DNA of 62,919 nt, the filler included, from Bipalium vagum (lineage: Eukaryota): NCBI GenBank assembly GCA_037834085.1. It is 3 parts of 3 records of this genome, joined end to end, with 100 filler letters (N's around TTAATTAATTAA, not from the genome) between each part and the next. Parts side by side here need not be neighbours in the genome. Positions count along the whole stretch, not along the records: positions 22,134 to 44,101 come from JBBMKC010228644.1; positions 44,202 to 62,919 come from JBBMKC010021517.1; 1 more part is not named here. One strand, given 5' to 3'. Position 1 is the stretch's first letter; every line of letters begins with the position of its first letter. The position numbers and the translations under genes are program-made. Positions 38,142 to 51,249 of this stretch are shown piece by piece. The notes under the pieces are model-generated. The model was not told where the DNA came from and did no database searches. It saw nothing but the letters and a program-made list of their open reading frames with translations.

Positions 38142-38640
38142 TGTTGAGACATTACCCGATCAGGGTGGATTATGGGAGGGTTGCCAGAAAAGATGCGAAT
38201 AATAATAAAATCGTATCAATATTAAATAATAGTACAAATACTAAGAGAAAATTCAACGTAAAACTTACCAAAAAATAAGTAAAGAGGTTTTAAATAGTTT
38301 TTTCGGAAAAAAGTTTTTCAAAGATAATAGGGATCGTTAAAAGTAATTCAGGGAAATTTAAAGAGGTATAAAAAAATTTTAAAGAATTTTCAAGATAATT
38401 CAAGTATGATCCTCAAATTCAAGAACCCTTGTAAGATATTGTAGTATATAAAGAGAGGGACTTTTAGTATAACTGCAGAAATAGTGCTCATAAAAAGTTA
38501 TCTATGAGCAACCGAAAGGGTCAGCTGATAGTTCGGGAGTCTTGACTAGAAGTTATCTTGTAAAGTATTTTTCTTTCATTATCTTTTGTTGTTTATAACT
38601 CTAGAAAATCAAAGAATTTTCAAGATTGAATGTGACATTT
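38142..38640 (+). mobile_element. Probable solo LTR (related to 16332-17180)
   Basis: TGTTGAG start, TATATAAAGAGA, TGAGCAAC..TTCGGGA block; 3' end uncertain. Confidence 0.5.
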
Positions 38641-39129
38641 TTGCTTACTACTGCGGACTTTCAAAATTAAAGAGAAAAATTGAAATTAACAAATTATTCT
38701 TTATCATCTCTCATTTGGTATATCGATCTCAAATGTCGAGTTAATGACACATAACCTATATTTACCTGGTGACATTTTTACTTTTCGCAATCATCAAAAT
38801 TAAATTACGTGGTAAATCCTTTTGTCGCTTGGTACATCTATTGCAAAATCCGAGATATTGGTATCTGAAGTGTCAATTTCATGATGGAAAAATGCTTCAA
38901 AATGTGTTTCGATCACAAGCAAAAATGTGTTGACTTTGAAGTTCGATTACCTTGACACTATCAAATGTATTTTTGGCTTGGTTTGTTTAAAGACTTAATT
39001 CTCCAAACTTTCCTAATAGCCTTCATATCGATTAATTATTTAATATTTTGAACAAAATCAATTTATTTTTCAAATTAATTTCATTTTTTTATCAGCTGAC
39101 AACCAAAATCTGCTTAAAGAATTATTATT

Positions 39130-39170
39130 ATGAAACATGTTTTGGACTGGTCTCAGTTTTTCATTACTCT
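39130..39170 (-). ncRNA. Degenerate hammerhead-like motif in a Penelope-derived fragment
   Basis: GTAATGA A AAACTG-AGAC-CAGTCC AAA ACATGT T TCAT; AATTCAGAGTAAT nearby as at 46370. Confidence 0.45.
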
Positions 39171-41888
39171 GGTGTCATAGTCAGCTCAACTTTAATGCTT
39201 AACAATGATGCTTAAAGTTTTATTACATTTGGTAGTGAGAACTGAGTGTAGAACAAATTCAGAGTAATGTGGAATAAAAATAATGACTTTGTCTGGTATT
39301 TCATTAAATAATATGTTTATAATTTGTTTATATTGTTTTCAGTTACTCTGGGAACATAAGAAATAATAAATTTTAAAAATCTAATAATTACAAAATTTAT
39401 AAAGTACATTTGTCAATTTACTGAAAATTAAAACAAATGTTCAATTTTAATTAATTGTTCATCCAATATAATTTTATTAATTTATCCAATCTCATTTTTA
39501 TTAATATTTTCATAACGGCTATAATAAGCAATTTTATAAATTTCTTTTTAAAATTATTTATACGACTAAGTAAACTTTTAATGCATTTATGTTTCAAAAT
39601 TTTTTTCTTTGATAACCACAAAGTTATCTATTCATTTAATCCGAAGGAATGTAACATTATTTTTCTTCACATTAAGAAATTTTAAAAACATTCGTAATTG
39701 TGAATATATTTGTTTACATTTTTACAATTTTGGAAAATTTATATTAAAATACAATTTAATCTTTCACTTTTTTTTTCACTTTAATCATTGGGATTCATTT
39801 TAGAATTTGCAAGTAATGCATTTTTTTTTCTTTAAAAATTAATATATTTCCATAAATTTCCTAATGGATTTAATAATTTTATAATTTTACAATCCTTAAT
39901 TCGTTTAAGTTATAATAGTAAAAATATAAGTTAGAGGACCAGCTGAAAAGTAAAATTCAAAAAGGCTTTTAAAATTAATTTATAGCGAAAATTAATTAAT
40001 AATGTTTATGTGCTTTNNNNNNNNNNNNNNNNNNNNNNNNNNNNNNNNNNNNNNNNNNNNNNNNNNNNNNNNNNNNNNNNNNNNNNNNNNNNNNNNNNNN
40101 NNNNNNNNNNNNNNNNNNNNNNNNNNNNNNNNNNNNNNNNNNNNNNAATATTTTTATGACATTGTCCAAGGAATATTTCAATCACTGTTCAATTTTTGAG
40201 AATATTAATTTCATTTTCCTTTGGTTTTCATAAATAATAATTCAGTGCATGCAGGGATAATAATGGATAATGAGATAACGTCTCTAAGTTAACATCCATG
40301 CAATAATAAATGATAAAAATAATATCAAAATATCTACAAGCTGCGGGGCACATCTATTTTAAGAAGCTGTAATTTAAGTATCTGAGTTATGGATTTTCAT
40401 AATGCACAGTAATCATCTCAATAAAAAATTTCGATATTGAGAAAATTGTGGAAAGTTCAGAAAAATTAATGAAAAATATTTTTTATGGTCATTTTTAAGC
40501 TTTTCACTGGAAATTTTTGTAAATAATTGTGATCAGATTTTTTAATAAAAGTATTTATACTTGGCAAATTTCCAAAATAAAAAAGAGAATAAAACTTTTT
40601 AAAATTACCCTATTCAACAAAAGATTCAGTTGAATGATATTTACTCTACGGATATTTACAGAACGGATTCGAATGACTGAGTTTCATAAAAACTTTCATT
40701 TGAGCCAAGAATCGGGTTAAGCATTTTAAAAAAATCAGATTCAATAAAATTTTAAAATAAAATTACAAATTATATATTATGAAATTACACAATTATAAAT
40801 ANNNNNNNNNNNNNNNNNNNNNNNNNNNNNNNNNNNNNNNNNNNNNNNNNNNNNNNNNNNNNNNNNNNNNNNNNNNNNNNNNNNNNNNNNNNNNNNNNNN
40901 NNNNNNNNNNNNNNNNNNNNNNNNNNNNNNNNNNNNNNNNNNNNNNNNNNNNNNNNNNNNNNNNNNNNNNNNNNNNNNNNNNNNNNNNNNNNNNNTGCTC
41001 AGCATTTTTTTATTTTCAACATGATCATTTTTAGATTTATCGTGTTAATGTAGTTTTGTTAGAGTTTATTATTGTTTACAGCGAACAGCCATTACGTTAA
41101 ACCATTTTAATGTTTTTCATACAAAACATTTTAATGTTACTCATGAGTCTTTGTTTATAAATATAACTGAAAGTATTAAATGGATCTCATAACCGAATTT
41201 ATAATTATTAAAAATTTTTGTTTAAGTTTTCTTTGTACAGTTTTAATTGAATATTTCAGTACAATTTTAATTTTAAAAAAACTTTCTTGAATTAATTTGT
41301 CTATTAAAGCTGAATTATTGTTATTTTTTCATTTTGATTACATTCCTTTGACTTTTACCTTTGTTGTAATATAATGGTTTTTAATTGTTTTAATGTGAAA
41401 TAAAAAGCATGTGCATAATCTAAAGATAATTTAAGAAAATTAATGAAATATATTTTTTCTGTAATATGAATATGTGAAAACATTCTTTGTCAATTAATCT
41501 TTTTATATTTTTTTCTTTTGAAACATTTCTTAAAATTTAATTTGGGAGAAGTTTTTAAACTGTCTTTTATTAAAATTTTTATTTATTTTTCTTTTTTTCT
41601 AAATGAACTTTATGCTATTTTCACAATTTATAATTATTTGTAATTTTTTGTAAATTATTTTAATTTCAAACATTTCAATATAATAATTTATATAATTTAT
41701 ATTATAAAATTTTCTGTTATAATTCAATATATAATAAAATAAAAATTTTCAAATATGTTTTCAATTTTTTCGTGTTAATATTTTTATGAAAATTATTTGA
41801 ATTATATTGAAATAAAATATACTGAACATTTTAATTAAATTTTGTAAACATGTTACTTCACATTTAACCAAATTCAATTTTATTCTAG

Positions 41889-41945
<57 letters not shown>
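41889..41945. repeat. (AAT)n microsatellite
   Basis: Perfect run. Confidence 0.95.
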
Positions 41946-41949
<4 letters not shown>

Positions 41950-42429
41950 AAATTATTATAAAAAATATTTATATGTAATTAACATTATTATAAAAATATT
42001 TCGTGCATAATTCAAGCGGAATTAAAGATATTTTTATTTATTTAAAATTTTTTACAAATTATTTTTCATTAAAGTGCAAAAGAAAAAATAATTGTTATTA
42101 TTTGACCATCTAAAATCATTTTAATTTAAAGCTGAAATTATTAAATAATGTAATAATTCTATTTTTTTATATTGTCTATACTTATTGCTTATTCTTTATA
42201 ATTATAATAAAACTTATAAAAAGGAAAAAATACACAGGTTTCATTAGGTCAAAGAAGAATCTATTGTATTTTGATTGTATTTGAACAAAACATTTTCCTC
42301 AATTCAATTTGTTTACCCATTTTCGTTGCTAATATTTGATGTAAAAAATCAATAAATTATTTAGATAATATGGTACATAAAGAGTTTAATTTATAAAAAT
42401 AATCAAAACTAATCAACTAAGCAACCTAA

Positions 42430-42890
42430 TCAAAAAGTTATCACAGTTTGTAATCGACCACTTTTCATTATGGGCTATCTTTAGATCATAAAATAATTTT
42501 TCGAAAGTCAAAAAAACAGAAAAACGATAAAATTGGCGATGTTTTGGTTACGATTAAACGAAAAAGAATGTCTAATTTTTCCGGTACTGTTAAACAGAAA
42601 GGAACTAATCGTTCTCTATGATACTTGAATACATTACACATTAAAGGTTGTGGAAATCTGTATGAGATCTAGCACTTCCTTTGCCCCTTGTCATATAGAC
42701 TATCATATTTTCAAGTTTCGGATGAATTTGGTTCTGAGAAAATTTTCAGAATTTTAGACATTCTCTAAACTCCATTCACAAATTTTCTATCAACCAGAAC
42801 TTCACATTATTATTGCAAGTGAATAAATGAGCATGAATATTGTTGGGAAAGATGTGTTCAATCTAGCGGATCTTACTTCAGTTAATTAAA
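42430..42890 (+). mobile_element. mariner (cecropia-like) C-terminal remnant
   Basis: NRKELIVLYD, DYHIFKF, CWERCVQSSGSYF. Confidence 0.8.
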
Positions 42891-44027
42891 ATTATCAATT
42901 TGTTTTATTATTTAAAAATTAAATGTTGCGATTCGAAATTTCTATTTCATTATGTTTATATATTATTATATTAAAAAAAATTCTTTTAGATTATTAAATA
43001 TTGTTTAATTATTTCTTTTTTCGTTTTTCTCTTTCATGAGAAAATTTTAAAATTTTGAGAATTAATTTATAAAAGTTCGACATTTTTATCATTTTCTGAG
43101 ACAGTTTTATCTACATTCACCTTGATATTCCCACTAGGATTGATATAGTTAGCTGAAATCTGTTAAAATTAATTACAAGAAATTCACAATTTATTCTTAT
43201 TTAATATTTTTAAAAAATTTTAAACGCATTTAAATTTAATTTTTAAAAATAAAAGAAATAATTTTTTTTAATTTAATCAGCATTTTGAATAAGTAAAAAA
43301 AACGATAATCAATTGATAATGATTATTGTCGATTATTTTCATTTTGTCAATATTTGCTCCATTTTCCATCAGTCAATATTTTTATAATTATTTTATTTGA
43401 AGAGAGAGATGTTTTTATTTTTAATTATCATCATTAAATAAATGAATATTTAACAAATATAAAAATCAAGTATTGTAGCGCATTATTTATAGGGCATGTA
43501 CAGGAGAATGTATATACTATAGATAAGAGAAGCAACTCATGATAAACGTATTAAAAAGAAAAATATTATTTATTATTTCCCATGGAATTATTTGGTGATT
43601 TTATTTTCTTTTTATTATCGTTACAAATTACAATTTACAGGTGAAAATTCCAATTAAAGTTCAATTGTTCAAATAATCATTAATCAATTTAATTAAAATT
43701 TTTGAGAATATTCAATAAATTAAAACAATGTTGTTTTAATGTTTATTGTGCTTTTTGTTATATACATTATGTAATTCCTCTTTTAAAAATATTCTGAGGG
43801 TTGGTCATTGAATTCTGCCTGATTTTATTTATTATAGCATTAAGCAAATAAATAATTGAATAAAAACGTGTGAGCCAAAGATGAGAAAACGATGTATGAT
43901 ATAATGTTTGTTTTTCTAATGAAATACAGGCCATTTGTATTATGCGTCTTCCTGACATTTTCTCTACTCATCGTGTTCAAGTTATCTTAAAGTCTTTATT
44001 CTCTTTTTATTCTAATACTTTGTAATA

Positions 44028-44101
44028 CAGGGTGTTTCATAAGTAACTGACATTTTTTAAATGAATGATTTATTATTAAATTTAAACCATCAAAAGAGCA
44101 A
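44028..44101. mobile_element. Left end of a Tc1/mariner element truncated by the scaffold end
   Basis: TA-CAGGGTGTTTCATAA terminus. Confidence 0.6.
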
Positions 44102-44201
44102 NNNNNNNNNNNNNNNNNNNNNNNNNNNNNNNNNNNNNNNNNNNNTTAATTAATTAANNNNNNNNNNNNNNNNNNNNNNNNNNNNNNNNNNNNNNNNNNN
44201 N
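44102..44201. other. Artificial scaffold-joining linker
   Basis: N44-TTAATTAATTAA-N44. Confidence 0.95.
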
Positions 44202-44269
<68 letters not shown>

Positions 44270-44275
44270 TAATAA
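44202..44275. repeat. (AAT)n microsatellite at scaffold start
   Basis: Near-perfect run. Confidence 0.95.
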
Positions 44276-44684
44276 AATGCCTAATTAATCGAAATTTGTG
44301 TAATTCGAAGTCAGTAAAATCCAGTTAGTTTATAATTTAATGTTGTTTTGTTATGATTTATTATGATTATTATTTAATTCGAAAAAGAATTTATTTTAAA
44401 ATGATCTAAAATATAATTTCAGTAAAACAAGAAGTTTAAATAAGACTACTCCAGTTCTTCAGGATTGTTCAGTATCAAATAACAATTAATATTAGCTTCA
44501 ATAGTTCCGATATTATTAGTTAAAATCTCTTTGATTGTCAATAGATATATTCTGTTTTAAGTTGACTGTTACTGTTGGCCTCGCAATATCTGGGAGATAT
44601 TACATATATCAGCCAAGGGCGTTTGTCATGAATATAGAATTTGAGTTTGATGATAATTACGGAAGCCCAGAGATAAAATTCATT

Positions 44685-44686
<2 letters not shown>

Positions 44687-44746
<60 letters not shown>

Positions 44747-44760
44747 TAATAATAATAATT
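44687..44760. repeat. (AAT)n microsatellite
   Basis: Near-perfect run; explains the poly-Asn ORF 44535-44762. Confidence 0.95.
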
Positions 44761-46247
44761 AATATTATTATAATTGATGGAATTCTTTATATATTTTTCA
44801 CGATTAGTTGAATCATAAATTTTTATATTTGTAAAAAATATTCATTTTTCCGAATCAAATAATAACATTGAATAGATGTTACGGAACGTTATCAAACTAG
44901 TTTAAATACGTAATCGAGGACATTCGGGAATTTAGCAAAGAATATAGAATATCTGGGCTTTGTCATTTTGAAAAATATTTTCGAAGCCATTCTAAGAGTA
45001 ACGGAATATCATACTATAACTCTAATTTGGAATATCAATTATTTCTATTCTTCTCAATATTTTCTGAGAACATCTTATCGCCAAATTCTGAATCTCTTTA
45101 ATTATTATTAATTTAATTATTGACTAAGGTACTCAAAGATTTCATTTCCTTCGCAATTTTCCTCATAAAATATTTTTACCACAAAGGTGACGTAATATTA
45201 TCTGTCTTTTATGAGATCATTTATTTTGTGTTGATCTGGTGTTACCCTAAAGGATAAATGAAGAAGCTTTATAATTTTAGCTGATAAATATGCATCACAT
45301 GAACGAATAATTATCTTTGTTTTCTCCCCCTCTCTCATTCTTTCACTCTTTTTTATCAATTTTTTTGTTAATAATAATTTCCATAAATCTTTTTTGGTAC
45401 AAATTATTATTTTTATCCATTTAAAATCTCTCACGATCAATAGATGGTCTCGTTTTTTTTTAATAAATTTATATCCATTCAGTTATTACTTTATTATTTT
45501 TAATTATAATTTATTATTTTCAAATAATTTAATTACATTTAACTAATTTCTGTTTATTAATTGAATTATTTGATTAATAATTCATGATTAAATTTCCTTG
45601 GAGTAAAGGGGAGCATCTACAGTAATCTCTAAATAATTTAGTGAGCATTTATATTCCCAAAATATGATATGGAAACAATTTCTTAACAAAAGCCATTTTT
45701 AATGATTTCAGGAAAATTAATAATTAAGACCTTATTTACACGACAAATTAGTTTTCCACTGTCAAAAGTACACACACGCGGACTCGCGCGCATTTCGTGT
45801 GTTATAAAAATATTAAAAAAGGTAATTTTAAATTATTATTTCCATTTGGAATTTATAATTAAAATTTTTCAAAATCTCAAAAAATATACTTAAAATGTTT
45901 TCTTCTTAACGAAATCGGAAAGTCTCGGTGATGTCTCACTTCATTCTAATATGGATATATTGATATACAAATGTGGATTCGCTTTCCGTAACAAATGAAA
46001 TTATATGAAAATTTTACTCATTTTAAAAAAATTTCTTTAAATTAAGAAAATTATTATGGAATTATATAAATTCAGTGATTGGCTGTTTCTTTATATTACA
46101 TTAAGCACTTTTATTGTTATTTTTGTTATTGTCATTTTCTACCATAAAAGTGATTTTGAAAGTTGTTTCTTTAATAATTTTTAAAAATAATTTTCGAGTA
46201 AACGCATTTTTCAAATGTCAATTAAAAATTTCTAAAAATTTATTATT

Positions 46248-46290
46248 ATGAAACATGTTTCGAACTTTTTATCAGCTCTTCTTCAGTCAT
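46248..46290 (-). ncRNA. Minimal type I hammerhead ribozyme motif
   Basis: ATGA CTGAAGA A GAGCT-GATAAAA-AGTTC GAA ACATGT T TCAT: intact CUGANGA/GAAA core, 5-bp stem II, palindromic ACAUGU stem III, 4-bp stem I, GUU cleavage triplet. Confidence 0.8.
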
Positions 46291-46648
46291 CCAATCAATC
46301 GGGTTTTACTTTCTCCTATTTGAATATTAACCACTGGTTGCCGTTCTTGTATTAATAAAATTCCTCAAGAATTCAGAGTAATTTTGAGCAATTCTGATAA
46401 TGACGATGAACGACAGATGTGAATTATCATAATTAGAAGAACGGCAACAAAAGATTAATACTCATATTGGAAAGTAAAAACCAATCAATTGTCAGTGTGC
46501 TCTCTGTTTACCTAAAAATATAATTATCATTAAGAAAAGGAATAATAATGATAATATTTTTGATTTTAATCAACCAGAATTTGATAAGTATTTAAATTAA
46601 AAATGATTCGATCATTTATTGGATTAAAATGTATAATGTCAAATATTA

Positions 46649-46690
46649 ATGACTGAAGAAGATTTGATAAAAAGTTCGAATTTATTTCAT
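46649..46690 (+). ncRNA. Degenerate hammerhead motif (stem III decayed)
   Basis: ATGA CTGAAGA A GATTT-GATAAAA-AGTTC GAA TTTATT TCAT. Confidence 0.55.
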
Positions 46691-47463
46691 AATAAATTTT
46701 TTAACAAATTTTGTTGTCAATTTATAAAAATGAGTTTACTCGAAAAATAAGTTGATTTATGTTCTATATATATGTATTGTAGGTACCAGACCTCTAGAGT
46801 AACCTCTTACGAAATCTCATGATACATAATCTGCCTATAATCTACAAAATATCTAATTATAAGCATAATAATTTATAAACAATTAATTTTGCCCCTACAA
46901 AACAGTCACGAGGCAATTAAGAATGCTTTCTTTTTCTTTTCTAAGAACAGTTCAGAAAATATTCCAACATGGAAAATTTACATATCTTTTATCAATACAT
47001 CTCGCTTACAGAATTCGGAGAAATTTCTTTGTAATCTGCGAATAGATCACAAATCTGTCAAAACAAGTAATTAACATTATCATGTAAAACAATTTTTGAC
47101 GTTGGGCTTGTCGTTGTCTTCAGATTTTTGTTGTAACTTAATACAGTTCTAGCGTACCTTTAATATAATATTACTTTTGAACGAAACTTTACAGGTAAAA
47201 TATCCACTGGTTTCGGGGTCGAGACCATTTTTATTCTAAATAACATTATCGAAGGAAAAGTTCCTTTTATTATTAATCTATTAAATATTAAAAATTTCTC
47301 TTATCACCTTTCAATTTCGTTTCAGTTTCGATGTCAATCATTTAAGTTTTGAAATCATATTTTTATAGGCGTTTTCAAAAGAATATTTGTATATTTCGAT
47401 AGGTTTAAATATGTGCAATATTAAATAGCACAATATCCAGCGGAAACATTAATTCTTAAATTA

Positions 47464-47493
47464 TTAGGTTAGTGCAAAATTTATTACCGTTTT
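47464..47493 (+). mobile_element. Isolated cecropia/Hsmar1-like mariner TIR
   Basis: TA-TTAGGTTAGTGCAAAATTTATTACCGTTTT resembles TTAGGTTGGTGCAAAAGTAATTGCGGTTTT. Confidence 0.7.
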
Positions 47494-47668
47494 ATATTAT
47501 TCCAATATTATTCCAATATTGTTGCAAAATTGTTTAAATATTTCAATTTTAAATATTGATTATTACTTTTGCATTTAATATACCTTTTTGTATTTAAGAT
47601 TAATTTTAGAGTATGAGAATCTTGACAAAAAATTAAGAAAATTGAAATGTTATTTTGCCAGAGCTTAA

Positions 47669-48043
47669 GTGGCACATAAGTCAAATCATAATTAAGTCAT
47701 ATTACATAATCTTATCATTGTTTTCTTTCATTATAAACTACCCTTAACAAACTACTAACACGCAAATTCATATTTTACAGTTTAGTTATCACAAAACACC
47801 ATAACACTGCGTGCAGACAAAACATAATACACCTGATTGTCTTGGCCATATCACACCTCTCAAAATCTCAAATAACAATGACAAAAATAAAATAAGTTAT
47901 TGAGAATCGATGAATCTGTGTAAATTAGAAAACTTTGAACCGACTTCGCCGCAGACTTATTGGTAAGCCCACTGGGTTTTTTTCTCTCAGCCCGAGCACA
48001 ATCACAAACAAAACATTTTCAAATTACAGTTTGATAATGCCAC
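47669..48043. mobile_element. Candidate TTAA-flanked non-autonomous DNA transposon (Kolobok-like?)
   Basis: TTAA-GTGGCA...TGCCAC-TTAA with further TCAAA/TTTGA subterminal match; GC-richer interior. Confidence 0.5.
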
Positions 48044-48238
48044 TTAATTAGTGCCACAAAAAATTTTCGTTTCGTAAAGTATTAGGTAACTTTTGTTAGA
48101 TTCTCAGCCCAATCTCTAATAATGATATGCTACTCCATGTCATAAAAAGTGGATTTAATAAATGACTTTTTACGTTAATCGATTGTTTTAAATGGTTAAT
48201 TTTGTTTTTATTTTATTGATAATTTTCTGAATTTAAAA

Positions 48239-48835
48239 ATGTCAAATCTTTCTGAGGATAAAATTTTTATTATTACTGAATTATGAAAGGTTGTTGGTCA
48301 AAATGGGAAACATGGAACCCGAATATGCCAATGAAATATTTATGCCAATCTTTCAATGTTAACAAAAACCATGCCAGATAATTGCTGGATTAGTTTTTAA
48401 ACGTGGTACGTTGGATAGGAAGCAAGGATCTGGAAGAAATTATATTGAAAATTATGAAGAGCGGCGAGCAGCAGTGTCAGCAACAATTCGTAAACGCTGG
48501 TCTAGTACCATCTCCGATATTTGAAATGCGACTCAAATCCCCAGTAGTAGCGTACAAAAAATTGTTGTAGCTGAACAATTTAGACTGGTCAATAAGAAAA
48601 TATGCCCTCTAATAACAGATGCTCAGAAAGAAAAAAGACTGAAGTGCTGCCAACAACACCAGAATAACACATGGGACGCATGGATGGATATTGATGAAAA
48701 ATGGGTCCAGCTACATTTGTTCAATCTCGAAAGTTATCGTGACAGAAGCCCCAGAAAGAAAGTTCCTGTAATAAGCAAGATAAATATCCCAAAAATAATG
48801 GTACTAATCGTTGTTACGAAACCGAATAAAGTTAT
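48239..48835 (+). mobile_element. DD39D ('plant mariner')-like transposase, N-terminal half
   Basis: RKQGSGR; PLITDAQKEKRLKCC; WMDIDEKWV; SKINIPKIMVLIVVTKP (cf. HIDEKWF..sK.fIpKvMfl.avarP). Confidence 0.7.
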
Positions 48836-50130
48836 ATATGTTATCGAAAAATATTTTAAACAATGGAAGGGCATTCTAAAAAGAATGGTGAATAAATATT
48901 TGATTAACGTTTTTTACATATGTCAAAGTGAACGATAATTTCCCAATCAAATAAAATTTCAATTTGAAAACAATATTATTCAATGCAAAGCTGTTTTTTT
49001 TTATAAAAAGTACTTAAATTAAATCTCCAAAATGTAATGAAAAAATATTTTTTGAATATTATAATTTTTTTGTGAAAAAAAAATTTCTGCTGAATTCAAA
49101 ATCGTTTGTGATTTTTCAGTAATTAATATAATTATAATTTATTATCAGATTTATTTTCCTTTTTATTATTTTTAAAATTTTTTTATAAACACAAACATTG
49201 ACTCAAAATTTATTTCATAATCATTTTGGAGCTTTCACTTAAATTTGGCATGGAATAATAATATCGAAATCAATTTTATACACTCTTGATCAATATTTTA
49301 TTATTTCTCTCAAAAGTTTTTGATTTATATCTTTATAGAGTGTTACGAGTTAAAAGAAAACGATTTGATATGGGATGAATAAATGATGGAATAGTTAAGA
49401 AATCATCATGAAACCTATAAAAAAATCGAAAAGTTTATATTAATCATTAAAAAGGGGAAACTGTGTCAAAAATTAAAAAATGTCCTCACGCCATCTTTCT
49501 GTGATTTATATCAATTTCGCTAATGAATTAATTTTTGCCAAGTTTAACAGAAAAAAGTCAAAAATCTTATTTTTTTTCTAAAGTATCGAAATTAATTTGA
49601 CCTAGCTTCTTTGGAATTAAATTTATAATTATTGTTTAAATCGTAATTAATGATTTTATAATGATTTTTTGAGAAAATTGATTAGAACCATATCGAATGA
49701 TTTGTGACATATGAATCTGTGGCATAAAATTAAAATTCTCAGATATGGTTTCCTATGATGTATATTTCCTTTCTTTTACAGATATTTTCAACCAATGAAA
49801 TACCTGCATTTTTCTTTATATAATGATTTGTTGAAAAATGTAATTTTTCTTAAAAATAATAAATCTTTAATGTTAAAAAGTCTGGTTATGATTTATTAGA
49901 CTAATTACCTTAATTATTGATTTAACAAAAAGCTTATAAGGATAAGAATTAATAATGCAAGTTTTAGAAAATTATTAAATTAAATTGACACAAAAATCGA
50001 AAATAAAATGAACTATTTTTTCGTTTTAGTATTTATTTTTCATAATAAAATAATTCAAAGAATTTTATTTTGAAAATCAGATCAAATTAAATATTTACTT
50101 AGTTTGAATAAAATTTAAAATCATTTAATA

Positions 50131-50453
50131 CAGCGGTTCTCAACCTTTTTTATATGGCGACCCATTTTCCAATTTCTAAGATCTTGGCAACCCCAAAGAA
50201 AATCAATATTACTAAAAATAAGTCATAACTCACCATATTTAATAAAACCTACCTATAATAATAATAAGGTGATTAGATAATAAGATTCCCTATAAAATAC
50301 TTAACGGTAGTAGTTATGGCAATTGTGAACAGAAGTAGTTTAATCAGCATCATAAACAATTTATGTAACACCATTATAAAACACGATTTTTCACGTATAA
50401 TGATTTGTACACCTATCATAATTCGGTGACCTCTTTAGAGTTGAGAACCACTG
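50131..50453. mobile_element. hAT (Charlie-like) MITE, 323 bp
   Basis: TIRs CAGCGGTTCTCAAC / GTTGAGAACCACTG; TSD ATTTAATA / ATGTAATA (7/8). Confidence 0.9.
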
Positions 50454-51249
50454 ATGTAATACATTTACATTAAAGTTTACTTTAATTTAATTTGATTTTG
50501 GTTGGCAGATTTTTTATGAAAGTGATTTTTTTTCTTTAAAAACACTTCTTTTAATAAAATGAATTTGCATAAAGTAAAACTTAAGGAAGCTAAATAATAT
50601 AATGCACAGAAGAAATACCAGTGTTTTTATTATTAATCAAAATTGTTGCTTGACTTGATAGAGCTTATCTCATCATTGCTGGCTCCTTGTCTCACCAATC
50701 GTCAGGTGTAATATTTTCCGATGATTTTGTACGCAAAAAGATAAATATATTTTTCATGCTCAACCTAACTGAAATATAAATAAAAAGCGACAATATAAAA
50801 TATAGTTTATCTTCACATTTATTATATATTATAAATAGATATATTATATTAATATATAATTTATTAATTAAATTATATATTATTTTATCTTTTCTTTATA
50901 AAAATTCGAAAGTCATTTTTACTAGTGCAAAAATAAAATTCTTTTCTTATCGAACAAATAAAAATGTCATCGGAACTTTATTTTTTATCAATTATTTTTA
51001 TTAATTTTTTAAATTCTAATCACATTTTCCTCTTTAAAATCAATTATAGAAATAAAATAATAATAAATTTTTTTAATAATAATTAACAATTTATGATAAT
51101 AACCATTTCATTTAATAAAGGTTTAATTAATATTAAAAATAAAATATAGAATATTTTTGAGCATTAAAACAAGAACGATTCCAAGAATAATTTCATATTA
51201 AAAAAAATGACAAAAATGAAAAATATTTCATTGCATGAACAAAATTTCA

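Larger units (their letters stand above)
46188..46748. mobile_element. Fold-back Penelope-derived element (inverted + direct copy of PLE 3' end)
   Basis: 46188-46290 is the reverse complement of 46649-46748; 46295-46350 is the reverse complement of 46436-46490; FRVILSN..ER GIY-YIG-tail-like peptide. Confidence 0.85.

Noticed and set aside
44870-44980. AKNIEYLGFVI, resembling Gypsy RT domain 7
   Set aside because: Single short motif with no supporting neighbours
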